A DNA stretch of 45,091 nucleotides, taken from the NCBI GenBank assembly GCA_018816385.1, contig JAHIVK010000010.1:1-45091 (forward strand). Direction: 5' to 3'. The notes beneath the pieces were generated by a model. It ran no database searches and was not told where the DNA came from. It saw only the letters and a program-made list of their open reading frames with translations. The position numbers and the translations under genes were made by a program. Origin of the DNA: Patescibacteria group bacterium (GTDB taxonomy: Bacteria > Patescibacteriota > Microgenomatia > UBA1400 > PJMF01). Position 1 is the stretch's first letter; each line of letters begins with the position of its first letter. Below, in pieces: positions 9,410 through 16,171 of the stretch.

Positions 9410-10717
9410 ATGTCTAGCCAGAGGGTAATTACTGCCATTGATATTGGCACCGACAAGTGTGTGACTCTGATTGCCATTCAAGACGGTGAAACAGAGCAAC
9501 TTAGAATTGCCGGATTTGCCGCTATCCCTTCCAAAGGCATGAAAAAGAGTCAGATCATTGATCTGGAGCAGGTGCTGTTAACCTTGAATGAAAGTTTAGA
9601 TGCCGCAGAACGAATGGCCGGTTTAGAAGTTAAACAGGCATATATTTCTGTAACTGGTGGGCATATTTCATCTCAAAACTCCCGCGGAGTGGTAGCCGTA
9701 GCTTCGCCCGATCAAGAAATTACCGCCGAGGATGTGACTCGAGTGATTGAAGCCGCCCGAGCTATTTCTTTGCCTTCGGACCGAGAAGTGATTCATGTCA
9801 TTCCCAAAGATTTTTCTGTTGACTCTCAAACTGGCATTAAAGATCCAGTGGGGATGACTGGCATCCGTCTGGAAAGCGAAGCTCATATTATCACTGGCCT
9901 GTCTCCATCCCTCCGCAATACCGAAAAATGCATTCACGACCTAGGCATTGAGATTGAAGGGTTTGTCTTTAGCGGATTGGCTTCTTCTCAAGTAGTCTTA
10001 ACCGAAACCGAAAAAGAGCTGGGTGTAGTGGTGATTGATATTGGAGCAGGTTCCACGTCCATGTCTGCTTTCGTGGATGGATCTTTGGAGTTTTCTTGCT
10101 CCTTGCCCCTGGGAGCCCGTCATATTACTCAAGATATTGCTTTAGGTTGCCGGGTGAGTTTGGATGCGGCGGAACGTATCAAAACTCACTTGAGTTTAGA
10201 CAAAACTGCCCAAATGATACCCCTACCTGGAGAGATCAAGCCTGACTTTAATAAACGTCGACGTCAAGCTGATCAACTTCACTTGAGCGATCTCAATCTA
10301 GGAGATGACTCCGAAGTCTATTCCAAAAGAAGTATTATTGATGGCATCATGGCTCCCAGACTCAGAGAGATCTTTTCGCTGGTGGGCGAAAAACTGGAAA
10401 CTAACCAATTATTTCCTTTGGTGCCGGCTGGATTGGTAATTACTGGCGGGGGAGCCAAAACCATTAGCATTTGTGATGTGGCCAAGAATACTCTCAAACT
10501 ACCCGCCCGAATTGGTCAACCTACGGCTATTCCAGGTCTGTTAAGTGATGTGCAAGACCCAGTTTTTGCCACTGGCGTCGGCCTGCTGGTTTTTGCTAGC
10601 AAACGCCTGGGTGGCGAAACTCACAATGGCTTTTCTTTCTCTGCCTTGACTAAAAATTTTTCCTTGTCAAAATTGAAACAACAAGTGGGCAAGTTTTTTA
10701 AATCCATTCTACCGTAG
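9410..10717 (+). CDS. ftsA: Cell division protein FtsA (actin-like ATPase)
   Basis: AIDIGTDKC, VVIDIGAGSTSMS and ITGGGA phosphate-binding motifs. Confidence 0.93.
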   Translation: MSSQRVITAIDIGTDKCVTLIAIQDGETEQLRIAGFAAIPSKGMKKSQIIDLEQVLLTLNESLDAAERMAGLEVKQAYISVTGGHISSQNSRGVVAVASPDQEITAEDVTRVIEAARAISLPSDREVIHVIPKDFSVDSQTGIKDPVGMTGIRLESEAHIITGLSPSLRNTEKCIHDLGIEIEGFVFSGLASSQVVLTETEKELGVVVIDIGAGSTSMSAFVDGSLEFSCSLPLGARHITQDIALGCRVSLDAAERIKTHLSLDKTAQMIPLPGEIKPDFNKRRRQADQLHLSDLNLGDDSEVYSKRSIIDGIMAPRLREIFSLVGEKLETNQLFPLVPAGLVITGGGAKTISICDVAKNTLKLPARIGQPTAIPGLLSDVQDPVFATGVGLLVFASKRLGGETHNGFSFSALTKNFSLSKLKQQVGKFFKSILP

Positions 10718-10766
10718 GAAATTTGTTGGCGATATGTATTCGAAGGTCACAAACGACCAGATGTTG

Positions 10767-10802
10767 TGATAGAATATGATACGTTATTAATATAACAAGG
10801 AG
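10767..10802 (+). promoter_or_regulatory. Extended -10 (tgatagaat) plus AAGGAG Shine-Dalgarno upstream of the 10811 ORF
   Basis: tgtgatagaat at 10765-10775. aaggag at 10797-10802, 8 nt before the ATG. Confidence 0.4.
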
Positions 10803-10810
10803 AAAAGCGT

Positions 10811-11074
10811 ATGGGAAGCGAAGCTTTACATCAGGGCGAGGGAGCTTTCTTTTTAGAAGATGATGACACTCCACTCTCTGCAGAAGAATTGGCGGAGCGC
10901 TTGCATTTTTCTTGGGCGGATGTCACTTTGGCTTTACGAGAAAATAACTGTCCACGGGTGCCTCAAGATCGATGCGCGGCTGTTAGAGCCTTACCAGCTC
11001 ATTTGTCGAAAGAGGAATATGCGCGAAGAGGCCTATCAAGTTTGCTCTACGTTACAACAACACCTCCAAAATAA
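10811..11074 (+). CDS. Hypothetical acidic small protein, first gene of the ftsA-ftsZ insertion
   Basis: Good SD and promoter-like sequence. No recognisable domain. Confidence 0.5.
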   Translation: MGSEALHQGEGAFFLEDDDTPLSAEELAERLHFSWADVTLALRENNCPRVPQDRCAAVRALPAHLSKEEYARRGLSSLLYVTTTPPK

Positions 11075-11306
11075 TTTGTTTCAATTAATTTTTCGTCACG
11101 CCCAATTTTCACACTTAACCCAAATCTGTTTTTAATATCAGGTGAAAGAGACTTACTTCTGGGTGACTAGCTAGGTTTGTCGATCTGCCCAGTAACCAAA
11201 TTTCTTCAGAGACCAAACTCAAACAGCAAACTAGCAAGTTTATCAAATCACTTTTACCATAATTTGTTTTTTTGTAATTAGTATTACTCTTTTAGTCAAG
11301 GGTTGT

Positions 11307-11522
11307 ATGCCAAAATATAATGTTAGAAAAAAGTTTGGCAAAAGGCTAAGAGTGCTTCGAAAGAGCGCTCAGTTGTCCCAGGAGGATTTGGGTTTTAAAG
11401 CCAATATCCACAGGACTTATATTGGTGCGGTCGAAAGGGGAGAGCAAAATGTCTCTCTTGATAATATTTACAGACTAGCCAAAGCACTTAAAGTTGAACT
11501 AAAAGAACTATTTATTTTTTAA
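11307..11522 (+). CDS. XRE/Cro-C1 family helix-turn-helix transcriptional regulator
   Basis: LRKSAQLSQEDLGFKANIHRTYIGAVERGEQNVSLDNIYRLAKAL is a classic HTH_3 pattern. Confidence 0.85.
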   Translation: MPKYNVRKKFGKRLRVLRKSAQLSQEDLGFKANIHRTYIGAVERGEQNVSLDNIYRLAKALKVELKELFIF

Positions 11523-11830
11523 TTAGTCTGCAAAAAGAGGGCTTGGTTTTTTATTTCCTGAGACAGTTTATAACTATCACAGTGCGATAAGTGACCCAAA
11601 TAAGATTGCAGTGCTTCTTCCAACGCTTCAGGAGGAAGGATCCCGTCTTTAATCTTTTGAGAGGTTTCAGCCATTTTTCTGAAGATTCTCCTTTTAGTTT
11701 TTGTTCTCGGTAAAATATATTTTGGAAAAATGACATATCCTAGGAAATCAACTCCCATGTAGTAATTTACAACATGAATCTTTTTTGGGTGGAGTGTTAG
11801 CTTTAATTCATTTCTTAAAAATTTTTCCAT
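11519..11830 (-). CDS. DGR reverse transcriptase, C-terminal piece (motifs 6-7 and thumb)
   Basis: LKLTLHPKKIHVV...GVDFLGYVI. Its ATG directly follows the in-frame TAA of the upstream piece. Confidence 0.75.
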   Translation of the reverse strand: MEKFLRNELKLTLHPKKIHVVNYYMGVDFLGYVIFPKYILPRTKTKRRIFRKMAETSQKIKDGILPPEALEEALQSYLGHLSHCDSYKLSQEIKNQALFLQTN

Positions 11831-12556
11831 TTACAATAAAATTTCTTGCAAGTATTTCTGATTGTCAGACATAACCACAAAATCATCTGCGTAGCGTATG
11901 TAGTATTTTGCCCTGAGTTTATGCTTTACAAATTGGTCCAGGGGATCCATGTATATGTTAGCGAAAAGTTGTGATGTCAAGTTACCTATCGGCATACCAG
12001 AATTTTGGTCTGGAGATTTAAAGCTGGTAATTATTTCTGTCAGTAGGTTGATAAAATTATCATCTAAAATTCTTTTTCTCAGGAGTTTAATTAACACTTC
12101 GTGATCCACGTTAGCAAAAAACTTTCTTATATCACACTTGAGAACAAACAAATTAGAAGTATTGTTTTTACTGGCTTTCCTAGCCATTCCGATAAATGTC
12201 TGAACAGCCTTGTGTGTACCCTTACCTTTTCGACACGAGTAGGAGTGAGGATAAAATGTTGGGTCAAAAATCTCCTCCAGCACTTTGCTGGTAAGGTGGT
12301 GAACAACCCTATCTTTTACACAGGCTTTATGAATGTGGCGAACTTTCGGATCCCTTACATAAAATTCCTGATACCCGCCATGACTGTAAGTTTTTTCTTC
12401 AAGCTCATTGTGCAAACTAAAGATGTTGTCTTCTAATTCCCGCTCAAATATTCCAACGTCCACTTTCTTTCTTTTTCCTTTGGCAAATTCTTCCCATGCT
12501 TGAAACAAGTTTTCAAGTGTTATAATCTCAGTGTAATTATTATGCCAGATTCTCAT
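11831..12556 (-). CDS. DGR reverse transcriptase, N-terminal piece (motifs 1-5), ending at an in-frame TAA
   Basis: YADDFVVM (YxDD) and the IGNLTSQLFANIY motif (I/LGxxxSQ, typical of DGR RTs). N-terminus is LENLFQAWEEFAKGKRKK. Confidence 0.85.
   Translation of the reverse strand: MRIWHNNYTEIITLENLFQAWEEFAKGKRKKVDVGIFERELEDNIFSLHNELEEKTYSHGGYQEFYVRDPKVRHIHKACVKDRVVHHLTSKVLEEIFDPTFYPHSYSCRKGKGTHKAVQTFIGMARKASKNNTSNLFVLKCDIRKFFANVDHEVLIKLLRKRILDDNFINLLTEIITSFKSPDQNSGMPIGNLTSQLFANIYMDPLDQFVKHKLRAKYYIRYADDFVVMSDNQKYLQEILL
12500..12526 (+). promoter_or_regulatory. Sigma70-like promoter TTGAAA-N15-TATAAT for avd, embedded in the RT 5' coding region
   Basis: ttgaaa at 12500-12505 and tataat at 12521-12526. 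The spacing is a little short. Confidence 0.3.
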
Positions 12557-12928
12557 AAAAACTTTGAACCGGGCAGGCTTAACTTAGACATACCGGTTTT
12601 TCAAAAAACATACGAGCTTTACAAATTCTTTTATCAACTTGTCGCTCATTTTCCTAAAAAGGATCGGTATGCTATTGGACAAAAAATTGAAAGTGGTCTT
12701 TTGGGATTGATAGAAGACATTATTACTGCCAGCCAACTTTCAAAGTCTGAAAAAGTACCTACCTTGCAGAATGCCAGTATCAAGCTTGATGTGCTTAAAG
12801 TTCTCATACGCTGTTGTAAAGACTTAAAGATTATTGATAACAAAAATTACCTCCTTCTTGAATCCAAACTACAAGAGATAGGTAAAATGCTTGGCGGTTG
12901 GATCAAAGCATCTACCTATCGTTCTTGA
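12542..12928 (+). CDS. avd: Four-helix-bundle protein (23S rRNA IVS protein family), Avd-like DGR accessory protein
   Basis: FQKTYELYKFFYQLVAHFPKKDRYAIGQKIESGLLGLIEDII pattern. Lies between the RT and TR but on the opposite strand. Confidence 0.75.
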   Translation: MPDSHKNFEPGRLNLDIPVFQKTYELYKFFYQLVAHFPKKDRYAIGQKIESGLLGLIEDIITASQLSKSEKVPTLQNASIKLDVLKVLIRCCKDLKIIDNKNYLLLESKLQEIGKMLGGWIKASTYRS

Positions 12929-12937
12929 ACCACTTGC

Positions 12938-12957
12938 AACCTGGGCAGGTTTTTTAT
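12938..12957 (+). terminator. Weak hairpin aacc-tggg?-ggtt followed by a T5 run after avd
   Basis: aacctgggcaggtttttt. The stem is short. Confidence 0.3.
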
Positions 12958-12970
12958 TCGTCGAGATAAG

Positions 12971-13095
12971 ACTACAGCGACACGGAAGCCAACGTTGTCA
13001 TTCGAGTTCGACGGATGATTCCAATTGGCGTTGGCGGCACCACCATTGTCGGAGTTGCCAACGATGACACGGTTAGGATCGCCGTCATCACGTTT
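12971..13095 (-). repeat. DGR template repeat (TR)
   Basis: Aligns without gaps to 13566..13690 (offset 595). On the minus strand it reads RDDGDPNRVIVGNSDNGGAANANWNHPSNSNDNVGFRV, with 9 AAC/AAT codons. Confidence 0.9.
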
Positions 13096-13489
13096 CGCAT
13101 TGCTTACTTTCTTTCCCGAAAAGGAGTTCAGTCCCTTTCGTTATTACCACTGGCCTCTTTAATGTACTACCTTATGTTTGTTGTCTTTTCCAAGATTGTT
13201 TCTAATTATTTAGAAACTCTCTCCTGTATTTGATTTGGCTCAAGGTTCCCTGAGTCCTTCAAAAGTAAGCAAGTAGTTTTATCTCTCCTTTATCAACACT
13301 CTCTTTGCAACCGTAACCACAAAGACTCTGGCCTTGCTCTAAAGAAGAGCGATTTTGTGAAACATAAGCGTACTCATATTTTCATTAACAAAATCTAAGT
13401 TGCAGTATAAAGAATGAAGGCACTAAAAATCAAGGGTAATTGCTATCTATAGACATCAATAAATTGAGGGCGAAATAAAATTACAAATC

Positions 13490-13506
13490 GACCCGCTACG
13501 CGGGTC
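13490..13506 (-). promoter_or_regulatory. GC-rich hairpin gacccgc-tac-gcgggtc downstream of the VR and the target-gene stop
   Basis: 7-bp perfect stem, about 47 nt past the stop at 13553 on the minus strand. Confidence 0.45.
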
Positions 13507-13552
13507 AAGGGACCAAGTAACAAAAATCCAAAAGAACCAAGAATTCAAGAGA

Positions 13553-16150
13553 TCAAGTTCCAAGAACTACAACGACACGGAAGCCAACGTAGCCAAGCGA
13601 GTCCGACGGACGAAGCCAACGGGCGCGGGCGGCACCACCAGGGCCGGAGTGGCCAACGAGGACACGGACAGGACCGCCGCCATCACGATATTCATCCTCA
13701 GTCCATTCATATGTATTCGTGCCAACCTCCATGCGATTTAGAAGCATATTTAGTTCAGCTGCAGTAGGCATGCGAACTTCTAAATTTGAGGGGAGACCTA
13801 GTTTGGATAAAATCTCTGATTTATTTCTTACAATATCTCCATGAGCTGTATCCCAAGTAACATTAAATCTATTAGTATGACCAAGCTCTGCACTTATCAT
13901 TGTTTCGTCATAGGTGTCCCTAGACATCGGTTTTGGCATGACCTCCGTAACAAACCAGCCTCCTTTGTTGTATATTTCGGGAAAGTCGATTTTTCCACTT
14001 TTGACTTCTTCCCAATACCATTTTCTAAGGAGTCTCCCCACGGTGTGATCATCCCTTTCGGCAGGAGATAAAGATTCGTACACTCGTAATCCTGGATATC
14101 TTTCTTCAATCCTGGCTAAAAAGTCATCAACATCCATTCTCCTCAAGTCATCCGGCGTGCCTATATCTAGCTTAGGAATACTTCTTACTCCAATGTGTTC
14201 AGTGTCGTTAGCAAACTTCTCAAGTGCTTCCAAGGGGATACTTCTTGGTAGTTCTGGAATCTCAAATACCGATCCGGAAGCTGGTTTCAGCTTATCTCTC
14301 CAACTTTGTTCCTCATCACGCTGAAATTCAGATGATGATGTGGTTTCAGATGAAGCTGTCCCCATTGGATTTTCACTGCTCAGTGCTACAGCACCTGCCA
14401 TTTCAGAGGGCAGCACATACCCTTTTTCTTCCGCTGGTTTATTTATTGTAACTTTGATCTCGCCCGAAGCATTAGTAATTAAATCAAAGGCGCTGAGGAT
14501 TTTCTGAAGTGTTTTACGTTCCTCCGGAGTGCTGAGAGTCTTTGGATCTCTGACGAATTCACCGAGTTTTGATTGCATATACTCGCCAAAATTCTGTCCA
14601 CGGGCCTGTGCAAGCTCCCATTCACTAAATAGCTTAAACAAGGTGCCGGGATCTAAAAAGTTCGTATTTAGTGTTGTCTCAGTGTTTCCTTGAGGGTCAA
14701 TACCCAGCGCAGTTTTTATTTCTGGCTTGAGGCCTTCAAAGTCTCTATTGTGGACCTTTTGCATCAGTTCTGCAGCTTTGCACAATTTCTCTATATATTT
14801 CAGCTCAGATGCCCCAAGTTTCAAAACGCCGTTTTCTTCAATGAGTTTGGCCAGGATAATATCATTCATTTCCGATGCGGGCATGTAACTTACTTCAACA
14901 CCCGTCAGCTCTCTCAGAATTGCCGGATCCATTTCCTCACGCTGTTTAGTACGCTCATCTTTAGGATTACCTGTGAGAATGGTGATGAAGTTTTCAGTAA
15001 TGTCAAATACTTGTCCATTAAATCCGGGTATTTGAATTTGATCACCAGGTTTTGCTCCCATCATGAACTTTTCTGCTAACTGAGTCCTAGTTGCACCACC
15101 AGTGTACTCATCACCAAGATATCCAACTCTTCTTTCTAAGGCTCTAGGAATGGGTCCTGGTCTTACAGCACTTTGAACATTTCCATCCTCACCTGTCCAC
15201 AATTCACGATAGCCAAATAAATCTCTTGGAGTTGTTCCTTCATGCCAGTTTACAATCTCGTATCCACCAGTAAGGGAGTTTAAAACATAAATTCCCAACT
15301 GGGTCTTGCCAGTACCAGTAGATCCAACTAAAAATATTTTGTTTCCTGCGATTGCCTCTCGTTTAATTCTATCAATGAGCTGAATCCTTGAAGGTGTTAA
15401 CACAACTCGAGATTCTCTGAGTTGCCTTTTATATTCAAGCAGTTTTTGTGTTTCTAGATAACCTAATGTTTCGGCAGAGGCCGTTTGCTCTATACCTTTT
15501 CGGGTTGACTCCAACCCATCTACCTTCCCTTGAAATTGAGTAATTTGATCTGCCGTACTTTGGACAAGCTTTCCATGATCTCGTTTGCTTGACAGATAGC
15601 GTGTATAAATAGCTTGTCGCAATTTACCCGCAACCCTGTCAATGTCACGCACATCCTTCATTGGCTTTCTTGCGGCTTGATAAAAACCGACTTCTCTTGC
15701 TAATTCTTCCTGAAACTTTTCTCTAACCTGAGGATGGGAAAGGATTTCTCCAATCTTGGTTTTTATTTCTTTTCGATGGTCAGGATTGTTTGTCTGATCA
15801 CTTGTAGTGTTATTGACCTCATTTTGGGAGGCGCCAGTAAAAACCTGTCGTACAGCATTAACTCTCTTATTGGATGAAAAAGAATCATCCAGTTGAGCCT
15901 CCAAATCACGCAAGCTTATATCGCCGTTAATTTGGATTTTGGAGGTGTCTCCCGCAGACGGACGAAAGTATTCTTCCATGTATCCCAGAACGGCAAAACA
16001 TCGATCTTCAACATTTTCGTTTGAAAGATGTTCTGGATTTTCTTGGAGGGGCAAGTTTTCTGTAAACCGGCTGACTGACAACGGAGCTACACGGTACCGC
16101 GCTTGTTGTATTTGTTGTGTTGAAAATGATTCAGACGATGATTCTGGCAT
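13553..16150 (-). CDS. DGR target protein: AAA+ (MoxR/AAA_5-like) ATPase with a C-terminal C-type-lectin/FGE-like variable domain
   Basis: Walker A LVGSTGTGKT, ILTGNP, DPAILRELTGVEVSY. C-terminal features VRMPTAAELNML, YEWTEDEY, and GFRVVVV at the end. The VR covers the last ~40 codons. Confidence 0.85.
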   Translation of the reverse strand: MPESSSESFSTQQIQQARYRVAPLSVSRFTENLPLQENPEHLSNENVEDRCFAVLGYMEEYFRPSAGDTSKIQINGDISLRDLEAQLDDSFSSNKRVNAVRQVFTGASQNEVNNTTSDQTNNPDHRKEIKTKIGEILSHPQVREKFQEELAREVGFYQAARKPMKDVRDIDRVAGKLRQAIYTRYLSSKRDHGKLVQSTADQITQFQGKVDGLESTRKGIEQTASAETLGYLETQKLLEYKRQLRESRVVLTPSRIQLIDRIKREAIAGNKIFLVGSTGTGKTQLGIYVLNSLTGGYEIVNWHEGTTPRDLFGYRELWTGEDGNVQSAVRPGPIPRALERRVGYLGDEYTGGATRTQLAEKFMMGAKPGDQIQIPGFNGQVFDITENFITILTGNPKDERTKQREEMDPAILRELTGVEVSYMPASEMNDIILAKLIEENGVLKLGASELKYIEKLCKAAELMQKVHNRDFEGLKPEIKTALGIDPQGNTETTLNTNFLDPGTLFKLFSEWELAQARGQNFGEYMQSKLGEFVRDPKTLSTPEERKTLQKILSAFDLITNASGEIKVTINKPAEEKGYVLPSEMAGAVALSSENPMGTASSETTSSSEFQRDEEQSWRDKLKPASGSVFEIPELPRSIPLEALEKFANDTEHIGVRSIPKLDIGTPDDLRRMDVDDFLARIEERYPGLRVYESLSPAERDDHTVGRLLRKWYWEEVKSGKIDFPEIYNKGGWFVTEVMPKPMSRDTYDETMISAELGHTNRFNVTWDTAHGDIVRNKSEILSKLGLPSNLEVRMPTAAELNMLLNRMEVGTNTYEWTEDEYRDGGGPVRVLVGHSGPGGAARARWLRPSDSLGYVGFRVVVVLGT
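13566..13690 (-). repeat. DGR variable repeat (VR) at the 3' end of the target CDS
   Basis: By my manual alignment of 122 positions, 22 differ from TR. Of those, 21 are TR adenines on the coding strand, changing 15 codons, all nonsynonymously. Confidence 0.9.
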
Positions 16151-16171
16151 ATTTAGTATTATACAAATTTT

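Noticed and set aside
10860-11135. Alternative-frame 91-aa ORF overlapping the 10811 ORF
   Set aside because: It has no SD or promoter of its own, whereas the 10811 ORF has AAGGAG at the optimal distance. I kept only the latter, and at modest confidence.
11519-12556. The RT as a group II intron maturase or a retron RT
   Set aside because: There is no maturase X or HNH domain and I saw no domain V/VI-like structure flanking it. The adenine-specific TR/VR pair, the Avd-like gene and the IGxxxSQ motif point to a DGR.
13015-13233. Plus-strand 72-aa ORF
   Set aside because: It overlaps the DGR template repeat on the wrong strand and has no RBS or recognisable motif. It is most likely a chance ORF.
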